The notes beneath the pieces were generated by a model. It did no database searches. It was given only the letters and a program-made list of their open reading frames with translations, and had not been told where the DNA came from. The translations under genes and the position numbers were made by a program. Of a stretch of DNA of 64,000 bases, positions 22,248 through 31,284 are shown one piece after another (position 1 is the first letter of the stretch; every line of letters begins with the position of its first letter). This DNA comes from Marinicella sp. (GTDB lineage: Bacteria > Pseudomonadota > Gammaproteobacteria > Xanthomonadales > Marinicellaceae), in NCBI GenBank assembly GCA_965230295.1, contig OZ246001.1, positions 544,001 to 608,000 of the forward strand, in the 5' to 3' direction.

Positions 22248-23360
22248 TTAAGCCTTGGTTTTTTGTTGCCACATTTTGATGATCTCTGCTTCTTTACTGT
22301 CGCTGATACCAAAAATAGACTCTGATTCGGGGATGAATCTTTTTGCTTTGAAGGAATCGTAACTCCTCAATACTGTTTTGGCATACCGGGTAAACTTCAG
22401 GCCCGCAGCCAATGCTTTGCTGTTATTTATTTGGTAAAAACCAGGTTCAGGATCAGATTTGATAGGAATCCAATACGGTATTTGAATGAATGGTTCTAAT
22501 TTGGCATCCTCAAGAATGAACTCAGGCGGCACCCACACAATGTCAACTTGACTGTTGAGGGCTTGTTTTGCACCCGTGATCATTTCTTTATATGTCATCT
22601 TTACAGCAGGCCCAACCAGATTATAGTATCCGGTCTTTTTCTGTTCTGCACATTTACAGGCAAATTCACCAATATCCTGCGCATCTATCAGTTGGACTGG
22701 ATCATCAGCATCAACCGCCAGTATCTGCTCACGGTTCATGATGCGACTCAAAAGATCTGTACCAAACGGGCCAGGATCCCTGTCACCAACTATGCCACCC
22801 GGCCTATAAATCGTGAAGTTTTTCGGAAAATGCTCAGTCACCACTTTCTCACACAACACTTTATTCAAATTGTAATTATTCGGCTGGTATTCTGTTCCCG
22901 ACCTCAATGGTGCTGATTCATCCATATTCGGGCTGACAAAATTCTTATAAACAGCCACACTAGAAACAAACATGTAATGTTTGGTTTTATGTTTTAAAAC
23001 TTGAATGGCTTCTTCAACATGATTTGGATTTTGTGTCCATACATCAACAACCACATCCCAATGCTCATTTTGAGCATTTACAGCCGCATAGCCTGGCAGT
23101 CCTTGGTCACGATCTCCTCGAATTTTATTCAATCCGGGAAACAACTGTGGATTGGTGATACCACGATTGAATAATGTCACCGCATGTCCCTGGCTTCGAA
23201 ATGCCTTAACGATTGCCGGGCCTAAAAAATTAGTCCCTCCCAGAACCAAAACATTCAGTTTGGTTTTGGGTGTCAAAGTAGAAGCCATCATGGGTAAAGT
23301 AGCCAATCCTAAGCCACTGATGCCTATCAATTGCATCAATTGTCTTCTGTTATAACCCAA
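22248..23360 (-). CDS. NAD-dependent epimerase/dehydratase with twin-arginine-like leader (TTG start)
   Basis: NRRQLM leader; LVLGGTxFLG, TLFNRG, GDR, YxxxK, PVQxIDAxD. Confidence 0.85.
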   Translation of the reverse strand: MGYNRRQLMQLIGISGLGLATLPMMASTLTPKTKLNVLVLGGTNFLGPAIVKAFRSQGHAVTLFNRGITNPQLFPGLNKIRGDRDQGLPGYAAVNAQNEHWDVVVDVWTQNPNHVEEAIQVLKHKTKHYMFVSSVAVYKNFVSPNMDESAPLRSGTEYQPNNYNLNKVLCEKVVTEHFPKNFTIYRPGGIVGDRDPGPFGTDLLSRIMNREQILAVDADDPVQLIDAQDIGEFACKCAEQKKTGYYNLVGPAVKMTYKEMITGAKQALNSQVDIVWVPPEFILEDAKLEPFIQIPYWIPIKSDPEPGFYQINNSKALAAGLKFTRYAKTVLRSYDSFKAKRFIPESESIFGISDSKEAEIIKMWQQKTKA

Positions 23361-23515
23361 GATCCTACCCTCCTGACCAATCGTATTTTTTGCGCTTCAT
23401 TGATAAAAAAAACCTTATAGAAATCACAATGAAAATACAATGAATGAATGCCAGGTTTGAGATGAACAGAAGTGTTTTTGCGACCAATGGTGTGTCTGTT
23501 GATTGAGTTGCTTAC

Positions 23516-24751
23516 TCAGTCGAACCCATCAGCAAATATCACATCGTTGTATTCAAACGCACCGACATCACAATCCGCCGTGCCATCTCCATCGCCATCA
23601 ATGGGTCTGGCCTTTCCGGTTTGATCCTGGTTTGATCCACATTCCATACTGGGAATCGCATCCACCGCTTCGGTGCCAGGTAACAAAGCATGTGTTTCGG
23701 TTAATCCCCCATTGTCTGCCAGGTTGGCTGCTATGATGGTACCCACCACTGCACCTGATGGAACAATGTCTGATGCACCTGCAGTGATGCCAACCAGGCC
23801 CGAGTCTCCATTTTGCCCCAGAATGTTGTAATTATTTAATTCGAGACCGCCTGTTGATACATGAATTTCGTTACCCAAGCCATTGGCTGAATTGCCTGAT
23901 ACCAGGGATTGATTGACCAAAAACCTATCAGCGTCACCTATAGACAAACCACCGCCATTTTCATTGGTTGTGTTGTTAACGATCGTTGAGTTATTCACCG
24001 AAATGAAACTGTAGTTGTTGTAATCAGAATGGGAAATACCACCGCCTTGGTTTGCAGATGTGTTACCAGAAATGGTTGAATTATTAACAAACAAAGCCAT
24101 ACTGGCTGTGTAATCAGAAGTCCAGATAGCCCCACCAGAAACACTGGCCTGATTGTTATTCCCAACAATGGTAGAATTCATGATACCCGCTGTTGTACCG
24201 ACCACTGATAAAGCTGCGCCAAAGTAACTGCCATTGGAGTTACCGGTGTTTTCAATGGTCACTTCATTTAGAATGCCACCCCAACCCTGTAATGAAATGC
24301 CTCCTCCAATGGTGTCCTTGACGGTGGATCGATTCAATGTCAAATTACCGGTACCACTGACTGAAACACCACCGACTGAAGCATCATAACCATTTTGTAA
24401 GGTCACATCATTGATGGTAACAAAGCCACTGGTGATTGAGGCCAGTTGAAAGCTTCCAGGCTGTGGTCCACTGACGGTTGATCCATTGCCATTGATGGTC
24501 ACTTCAGATGTGATCATTAAGGTTCCCGACAACTCAAGACTGGAGTTCGAAGGCAGCTCAATGACATCAGCACCATTACCTGCATCACAGCCGTTGGTCA
24601 TGGTGTCGGTATTGGCTGCAATGACTGCGTCGTTTAACACACAGCTGGAGTTATCCACCACTATGGTGTCAGCTTGTGCCACAACGGCCAGTTCTAACAT
24701 CATTGCTGAAATCAAAGCAGTCTTTTTCATGTGAGATTTTTTTCTGATCAT
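23516..24751 (-). CDS. Secreted beta-helix protein: CSLREA-like N-terminus, choice-of-anchor Q, terminal DVIFADGFD
   Basis: CxLxDAxxAANTD..GC; NSTISGN/GGG repeats; LADNGGxTxTHAL..AVDA..DQxGxxRP..CDVGAFE. Confidence 0.88.
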   Translation of the reverse strand: MIRKKSHMKKTALISAMMLELAVVAQADTIVVDNSSCVLNDAVIAANTDTMTNGCDAGNGADVIELPSNSSLELSGTLMITSEVTINGNGSTVSGPQPGSFQLASITSGFVTINDVTLQNGYDASVGGVSVSGTGNLTLNRSTVKDTIGGGISLQGWGGILNEVTIENTGNSNGSYFGAALSVVGTTAGIMNSTIVGNNNQASVSGGAIWTSDYTASMALFVNNSTISGNTSANQGGGISHSDYNNYSFISVNNSTIVNNTTNENGGGLSIGDADRFLVNQSLVSGNSANGLGNEIHVSTGGLELNNYNILGQNGDSGLVGITAGASDIVPSGAVVGTIIAANLADNGGLTETHALLPGTEAVDAIPSMECGSNQDQTGKARPIDGDGDGTADCDVGAFEYNDVIFADGFD

Positions 24752-24845
24752 TGTATACCTATTTTATAAGAAGTCGTGGTGGTTCTTGGTCATGAAAATG
24801 GAGCGTTCATATCAAATCATTTTCATGCCAACAATCGAATTAATT

Positions 24846-25169
24846 TCAAATGCCTTTGATCAGCTCCAAAACCCGGTTTTGGTTAAAGCCTTTAACCACT
24901 TCGCCCTTGATCAAAAACACGGGGACACCCTGTCCACCCAAAGATTTCATTTCAGCATTGGCTTCAGCAGATTGTTCTATGTCCAGCTCTTTGTATTGGA
25001 CCCCTTGCATGTTCAGTAACACCCTCGCTTTGCGGCAGTAACCACACCATGATGTTGAATACATGATCACATCTGAACCATGCTTTTGATTCAATGTGGC
25101 AGCCGCATCGGTCACACCCCACTTTTGATAGGCAACAAATAAAACAACAAATACTATCAGGTATCTCAT
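24846..25169 (-). CDS. Glutaredoxin-family protein with N-terminal membrane anchor
   Basis: MYSTSWCGYC, GVP, GF; hydrophobic N-terminus. Confidence 0.88.
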   Translation of the reverse strand: MRYLIVFVVLFVAYQKWGVTDAAATLNQKHGSDVIMYSTSWCGYCRKARVLLNMQGVQYKELDIEQSAEANAEMKSLGGQGVPVFLIKGEVVKGFNQNRVLELIKGI

Positions 25170-25217
25170 GGAATGTCCTTTTCAAATTGATGTGTCATTT
25201 TATACCACAACAGCCAC

Positions 25218-25244
25218 AAAAAAGCCCGAACCTGTCGGGCTTTT
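25218..25244 (-). terminator. Intrinsic terminator after 25265-26533
   Basis: GCCCGA/TCGGGC hairpin with A6 and T4 flanks. Confidence 0.8.
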
Positions 25245-25264
25245 CATCAAATTAAATTCAATGG

Positions 25265-26533
25265 TCAATTGAATGGATCATTGAAGCCGTTTTTAAAGAT
25301 CACATCCGGGTTTTCATTTTCAAAGGCCCCCACATCACACAGGGCCGTGCCATCGGCATTACCATCTATGGGCCGTGATTTCCCCGCTTGATCATTACTG
25401 AACAAACAATTGAGAATGGCATCAACTGCAGGCCCGGTTTCTATCAACGCATGGGTTGGGGTTGGACCACCGTTGTCTATTAAATTGGTGTCAATAATTT
25501 CATTGAGCCCCACCGTAGGGACGATGTCATAGCTCCCTGGTGTGACCCCAGTCAAACCTGAAGCCGAACTTTCACCAAATATGTTGTAGGCATCAACTGT
25601 AATATAGGCGCCACCGACTGACTCCCATTGGTTCGCGGATGTGGCTGTGTTGCCTGAAAGCAATGATTGGGAAACTGCCACATCACCACCGTTGCTGTGA
25701 ATACCACCACCATTACCTGCTGTTGAATTCAATGTGACCGTGACACTGTTGAGGTTCAACTCGATGCCATTACCAAAGCCATAAGTGGCAATCCCACCGC
25801 CATTTATGGTAGAGGTGTTGCCTGAAATGGTTGAGTTAGATACGCCAACAGTAACGGCACCGGAATAATCGGTGACGTATAAACCACCGCCGCCGGCATT
25901 GGTTGAATCTGCAGAATTGCCTGAAATGGTGGTATTTTGAATATCAACTTCTCCACCGTTAATAATGACCCCACCGGTGTAATACTGCGAACCAGAAATT
26001 CCAGTATTGTATTCAATCACAGAGTTTGTTATTGAAGATGATACCCCCCTGATGAATCTGACGGCCCCACCAGTGTTTCCACTTACTGTGCTGTTGCTTA
26101 ATATCAACTGTGCATCAAATGCACTGATGCCACCAGCCAAATTTTCAGCTGCATCTGCCTGTCCACCAGTTACGGTTGCATCATTCAATGTCAACGAACC
26201 GCCAGCTGCTGCACTTAAAACGACGAATAAGCCAGCACCGGGATCTCTTGCGATCGTCGTACCATTGGCATTAATGGTGACATTGGTGGTGATGGCAGGT
26301 GGTTCAGCTGTTAATGTGAATGTATCATTCACAGGCAAATCCAGTATATCGTCACCAGCACCTGCCGTGCAACCTCCTGCCACTGCATCAGTATTGGCAG
26401 CTGTTATGGCATCTGCCAATGTGCAGGTGGTGCCATCCACCGCAATATTGGCGGCCTGAGCACCAGTCCCTATTTCAATCAACAGAGCAGAAACCAAAGC
26501 CGTTTTCTTAATATGAGATAAATTTTTTTTCAA
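25265..26533 (-). CDS. Secreted beta-helix protein, paralog of 23516-24751 (TTG start), terminal DVIFKNGFNDPFN
   Basis: CTLADAITAANTD..GC; LIDNGGPTPTHAL..CDVGAFE. Confidence 0.88.
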   Translation of the reverse strand: MKKNLSHIKKTALVSALLIEIGTGAQAANIAVDGTTCTLADAITAANTDAVAGGCTAGAGDDILDLPVNDTFTLTAEPPAITTNVTINANGTTIARDPGAGLFVVLSAAAGGSLTLNDATVTGGQADAAENLAGGISAFDAQLILSNSTVSGNTGGAVRFIRGVSSSITNSVIEYNTGISGSQYYTGGVIINGGEVDIQNTTISGNSADSTNAGGGGLYVTDYSGAVTVGVSNSTISGNTSTINGGGIATYGFGNGIELNLNSVTVTLNSTAGNGGGIHSNGGDVAVSQSLLSGNTATSANQWESVGGAYITVDAYNIFGESSASGLTGVTPGSYDIVPTVGLNEIIDTNLIDNGGPTPTHALIETGPAVDAILNCLFSNDQAGKSRPIDGNADGTALCDVGAFENENPDVIFKNGFNDPFN

Positions 26534-26622
26534 TGTATTTCCCCAAATAAACTGTATTTAAAATAACACAATGGCTAAACTTCCTCAAGAAATAAGGCCA
26601 GCAATGAATTGTTGTTCCGGAC

Positions 26623-28896
26623 TCAGGTGTATTTTTTCAGTATCTTTTGCTTCATTTCAGCCAATGGCTTATCCCAATGAGGCTGCTCACCACCTTGCCG
26701 AAATAAGGTGGCCGTTGGGTACCACTCACTTTGGTTGCCGCTTAAATGCCAGCGCCAATCGGCATTTTGACACAACAGTATCCAGGTTTCTTTACCCAAT
26801 GCAGCCGCCAAGTGTGCGATGGCGGTGTCCACTGAAATGACCAAATCCATCTGTTCTACCAAGGCTGCCGTTCGAGCATAACCAGGCAGTTCAGGCTCAA
26901 GATCAATCACATCATGTTGCTTAAGCAAGTCTCGGTCTTCTGCACTCAAGGGCATTTGTAAAGAATAAAATTGAGCATCAACCCCATCGGTTACTTTCAA
27001 TAATTCTTTGAGTCCCACAGATCGGCTGGCATCATTGACATGGGTAGGCGATCCTGCCCAAGACAAGCCTATCTTAATGTCAGCTTCCAGCTGGCTGACA
27101 ACCACTTGTTTAGGGATATTGACATACCGTTTGGGGGCTGGCAAATTATCTAATGTGATGCCTAAATACCTGGGTAGGCTCATCAAAGGACAATAAACGT
27201 CAAACAAATCTTTACTCAAGGCTCCAGGGATGCGACTTTGACTGACGCCTGCAATTTCAGCGGCCAAAGGCGCTAAATTTTCAGGGCCAAAATAAATGAT
27301 CTCTTTGCACTTTTCCGCCAACATGGGCAAGAACCGCCAAAACATGATGTGGTCGCCATTGCCTTGTTCTGAATGTACCAGGATGGTCTTGTCGCTGATG
27401 TCTTCACCTTCCCACAAAGGCTTGTCGCATTTGAATGGAACAAATTGGGGGGTTTGCCAGCGCCAATCGTACTCGACCCAACCATTCTCATAATCTTGTT
27501 GCTTAAGCAGCAACATGCCTCGATTGAAATGGGCTTGGGCAAACTGTTGATCAGTAGCGATCGATTGATCAAACCAATTCATGGCTTGCGCATAATCTAA
27601 CTGTTCCATATAAGCACAACCCAGCGAGTTCATGGCCTCAGCATTATCTGGTTGCAATTGCAAAACCTTTTCAATCTGCTTAATGGCCTCTACCCATCGC
27701 TTGGCATCAACCAAACACAAACCATATTGGTGGTTGGCGGCGATGTGATCCGGGTGATGCTTTAAGATTTCTTTGTATTGTTTGAGGGCTTCATCCAGTT
27801 CAGCATTGACATGAGCCCTGGTGGCCATGTCCAGAGCGCCCTGAATCGGATCACCAGGGGCCAAATTGCTCAGCACTTCGTCTGACAACTCATATGAAGT
27901 GCTCAGAAATGGGCTTTGTCCATCAACAATGGCAGCAAACTGGTGTGGCAACACCTTGACTTCGAAGACTTCTTGCACATTCCCGGTAAACACCAGAAAA
28001 GCCACAATCTGCCCTGTTTGTGTGTCCACCACCCAAACGCCACTCTGTCTCTCTTCGACCCGTTTGGTTAAAGGCAAACCCGCGAATGTCGAACTTTCTC
28101 GTATTTGTGACAAGCCAATAATGGCATAGCGATCAATAAAATCCAGCCCCCGAGCAAAACCGGGTAATTCGGCCACCACCTCTGGAGCCTGATCGGGTAT
28201 CATTCTCATCAATTGTCCTGATCCTGATGACAAGAACCACAAGGCATTGTTGTACCAACGAGGAGAATGCGGCATGCACAAACCATCAACCATCACTTCA
28301 TTGGTGGTGATGTCCATGATTTGCCCGCCTGAGATTTTATTTTTTCGCCAGCCGCCAGGTTCATCGGATGCCCCCAACATACTCACATATCGGGGCACTC
28401 CATCACGAAAGCCCAAACCATTGAGGTGACAACGGTCAGTGAGGTCATAAGCTGTGATGAAAGGGGGTCGCCATTCCGGTTTAAAACTGTGGTCCTGATC
28501 CAGTGTCGCCAGACAAGACATTTTGGTGTTAATAAACCACAGCTTATCAAATTTATCATAGCCCATTTCATGGATATCGATGGTGCCTGTGACATGGCTT
28601 TTACGAGGAATATAACAGGCATCCACCTGATCACCCTGGCCTGTCTTTGGTCCCACAGCCGCCAAATTTCTGAATGTGGTGATGGAGTTGGCCCCGCCGA
28701 TTGCGAATTCATTGTTGCGCCTGGCAATGCCCATGGGACGTTCAAAAGCCATGAAGTGGGTGTTAACCCCTGCTTGTTGGGGTCGAACCATGACAACCTG
28801 TCCAGCCTGATAAGTGGTCACCAATAAATTACATTGACCTAAAGTGAGGAGTTCGCGGAATGAATCTGTGGTCTGACTGGAAAATGTTTCGGTCAT
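26623..28896 (-). CDS. TIGR03032 (DUF4915) domain, TPR repeats and GT-B (GT9-like) glycosyltransferase fusion
   Basis: TTYQAG, TGxIDIHE, WRPPFI, DRCHLNG, MPHSPRW, PGFARGL; TPR helices; EQGxGDxIxFxRF, CPLMSLP, DLVISVDTAxAHLAxALG, DWRW. Confidence 0.88.
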   Translation of the reverse strand: MTETFSSQTTDSFRELLTLGQCNLLVTTYQAGQVVMVRPQQAGVNTHFMAFERPMGIARRNNEFAIGGANSITTFRNLAAVGPKTGQGDQVDACYIPRKSHVTGTIDIHEMGYDKFDKLWFINTKMSCLATLDQDHSFKPEWRPPFITAYDLTDRCHLNGLGFRDGVPRYVSMLGASDEPGGWRKNKISGGQIMDITTNEVMVDGLCMPHSPRWYNNALWFLSSGSGQLMRMIPDQAPEVVAELPGFARGLDFIDRYAIIGLSQIRESSTFAGLPLTKRVEERQSGVWVVDTQTGQIVAFLVFTGNVQEVFEVKVLPHQFAAIVDGQSPFLSTSYELSDEVLSNLAPGDPIQGALDMATRAHVNAELDEALKQYKEILKHHPDHIAANHQYGLCLVDAKRWVEAIKQIEKVLQLQPDNAEAMNSLGCAYMEQLDYAQAMNWFDQSIATDQQFAQAHFNRGMLLLKQQDYENGWVEYDWRWQTPQFVPFKCDKPLWEGEDISDKTILVHSEQGNGDHIMFWRFLPMLAEKCKEIIYFGPENLAPLAAEIAGVSQSRIPGALSKDLFDVYCPLMSLPRYLGITLDNLPAPKRYVNIPKQVVVSQLEADIKIGLSWAGSPTHVNDASRSVGLKELLKVTDGVDAQFYSLQMPLSAEDRDLLKQHDVIDLEPELPGYARTAALVEQMDLVISVDTAIAHLAAALGKETWILLCQNADWRWHLSGNQSEWYPTATLFRQGGEQPHWDKPLAEMKQKILKKYT

Positions 28897-28957
28897 GGCT
28901 TATTTTTAAAAGTTCAAACCATGCATTATGCCACTGAGTAAGCAAATAGTTAAGGCC

Positions 28958-28984
28958 AAAAAAACCCGAATAAATCGGGTTTTT
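28958..28984 (-). terminator. Intrinsic terminator after the hppD-hmgA-FAH operon
   Basis: AAAAAAACCCGA-ATAAA-TCGGGTTTTT. Confidence 0.85.
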
Positions 28985-29001
28985 CTTAAGACCGATGAAC
29001 T

Positions 29002-29982
29002 TCAGAACTTAACCACCTTCTGATGTATGGTGCCAAATATATTTTGACCCTGGCTGTCAGTGATTTCAATTTTCACATCATCTCCAAAACTCATGAATGG
29101 TGTTTTGGGTGCGCCTTCAGCGATCACTTCCAAGACCCGTTTTTCTGCCAGGCAGGTTGAGCCTTTGGACATGTCATGGTTGGCAATGGTGCCTGAACCA
29201 ATGATGGCACCGGCAGCCAACGGCCTGGTCTTGGCTGCATGGGCCACCAGTTCAGCAAAATCAAATTGCATGTCAACACCGCAATCAGGTTCACCAAACC
29301 ATTCGCCATTCAACCAGGTTCTCATCGGCAAATGGATTTTGTCATCCTTCCATGCTGAACCCAATTCATCAGGAGTCACAAAAAATGGTGACAACGCTGT
29401 TCTTGGTTTCGATTGCATGAACCCAAATCCTTTGGCCAATTCAGCTGGAATCAAATTTCGCAAAGACACATCATTCAAGATACAGACCAATTGAATGTAT
29501 TGGCTGGCTTCTGAGGCACTGACATTCATCGGTACATCTGAAGTGATCACCGCAGCTTCGGCTTCAAAATCAATGCCATAGTCTTCACTGACCACTTCAA
29601 TGTCCTGGTTGTGCGCCAGAAAACCATCGCTGACTGCCTGGTACATCAAAGGATCTTGTTTAAAGCTGGGAGGCATGTCTGCACCTCTGGCCTTCCTGAC
29701 TCGCTCTACATGAGCCAAATAGGCACTGCCATCTAAAAACTGGAAAGCACGAGGCAACGGTGCCAACAAGTCGTTTAACGACAGGTTGAAGGCATCATTC
29801 AAGCCACCATGATTCAAATGTTCATACACAGTGTTTAACTGTGGTGCAATGGATTCCCAACTATCCAGGGCCTCTTGCATGGTCTGTGCAATGTGTGGCA
29901 CTTTAACGGCTTGGGTGCCAGCACGATTGACTACGATCAACTGGCCGTCTCTGGTTTGGTTATTTAAGGTTGCTAATTTCAT
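29002..29982 (-). CDS. Fumarylacetoacetate hydrolase family protein
   Basis: MKLATL..RDG, PLPRAFQFLDGSAY, DFEAE, NDVSLRNLIP, KGFGF. Confidence 0.92.
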   Translation of the reverse strand: MKLATLNNQTRDGQLIVVNRAGTQAVKVPHIAQTMQEALDSWESIAPQLNTVYEHLNHGGLNDAFNLSLNDLLAPLPRAFQFLDGSAYLAHVERVRKARGADMPPSFKQDPLMYQAVSDGFLAHNQDIEVVSEDYGIDFEAEAAVITSDVPMNVSASEASQYIQLVCILNDVSLRNLIPAELAKGFGFMQSKPRTALSPFFVTPDELGSAWKDDKIHLPMRTWLNGEWFGEPDCGVDMQFDFAELVAHAAKTRPLAAGAIIGSGTIANHDMSKGSTCLAEKRVLEVIAEGAPKTPFMSFGDDVKIEITDSQGQNIFGTIHQKVVKF

Positions 29983-30137
29983 GTTATTTTCTGATATGTT
30001 TTATGTTTTTTTGACAACCTTTTAAAGTTGCCCTAATTATTATTTTACCAACTGAACCCCAGGCCCGCCATGCCTTTTGGATGGAATATGACAGGACATA
30101 GGGGCGGAAAAATGATTGCTTACTTCAATGCTGATGT

Positions 30138-31268
30138 TTATTTTGATTCACGCCAAGAGTTGACATACTCAGGCCATTCGACCTGTTCAGCAGCATCACA
30201 AACTTCCAATGGGTCACGTGTATCAATCATCACTGCCACTTCCTCGGTCATGGCATTTTTTTGCTCAAAAGCATTGTTCATGGCCTTGGGGTGTGGTCCA
30301 TGGGTAAACCCGGTAGGATGTAAAGTGATCATGCCAGGGTGGATGTTATCCCGTGAGAAAAAGTTACCAGCATGGTAAAACAACACCTCATCATAATCAT
30401 CGTTGTTATGATAAAACGGTACTTTAAGCGCTTCCGGATCAGTTTCAAACAACCTGGGTACAAAAGTACAAATCACAAATCGATTACCTAAAAATGTGGT
30501 GTGTGCTGAAGGGGGCACATGATATCGGTGGCTCATGACGGGTGAAATGTCACGCCAGTTCAAGGCCACAGGCATCAGATCACCTTGCCAACCCATCGCA
30601 TCCAGTGGATTGAATGGGTAGTTGATGGTCGAAATTTTCTGTAATCTTTTAACCAAAACTGTCCATGCATCCTCACTGTATTGGTCTTTAAAAGCCTCAT
30701 TGATCTCCGGCGTGCGGTAAACCGCAGCATCAACAATGGCATTCGGGCCTAACAAGCCTTTGTCAGGCAATTGGTAATGCCCATTGGTTGATTCCACCAT
30801 CAAAATTTGACAAGGGTTGGTGATTTCTAATCGCCACATGGTGCCTTTGGGTAACATCAGGTAGTCGCCCTCCTTGATCACCAGATGACCAAAATCACAG
30901 TACAGATCAGCCGTGCCTTGGTGAAAAAACAGCAAATCATCGCCATCGGCATTCCTGACCAGTTGTTGCATGCTGGTTTCCAAAGTCATTATGCGAATCT
31001 TAACACTGTTGTTTTTCATCAAAACATGCGCATCCCAGGGGGTTTCATGACCTGAACCAAATAAATTGGTGTCAAAAGCCCGTGGCCGATTGTCACCCTC
31101 GAAATCGGTCCAACCGGTGTGTTTATTGCGGTGATAAAAATGAGTCACAGGTCCGAAAAAACCCTCTTTACCCATCTCACGTTCAAAGCTGCCTTCTGGA
31201 AAACCCAAGTGGGCTTGCTTGGCCACCTTGCCTTGTTTCTTGTAAAAGTTAAACCACTTACCATTCAT
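30138..31268 (-). CDS. hmgA: Homogentisate 1,2-dioxygenase
   Basis: RNADGD, PPSAHTTF, PFYHNNDDYDEVLFYH, HPxGFTHGPHP. Confidence 0.9.
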   Translation of the reverse strand: MNGKWFNFYKKQGKVAKQAHLGFPEGSFEREMGKEGFFGPVTHFYHRNKHTGWTDFEGDNRPRAFDTNLFGSGHETPWDAHVLMKNNSVKIRIMTLETSMQQLVRNADGDDLLFFHQGTADLYCDFGHLVIKEGDYLMLPKGTMWRLEITNPCQILMVESTNGHYQLPDKGLLGPNAIVDAAVYRTPEINEAFKDQYSEDAWTVLVKRLQKISTINYPFNPLDAMGWQGDLMPVALNWRDISPVMSHRYHVPPSAHTTFLGNRFVICTFVPRLFETDPEALKVPFYHNNDDYDEVLFYHAGNFFSRDNIHPGMITLHPTGFTHGPHPKAMNNAFEQKNAMTEEVAVMIDTRDPLEVCDAAEQVEWPEYVNSWRESK

Positions 31269-31284
31269 GATTCATGACTCCTTC

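Noticed and set aside
29983-30137. GC-rich patch between hmgA and FAH as a possible riboswitch
   Set aside because: Only weak pairing and no recognisable aptamer consensus.
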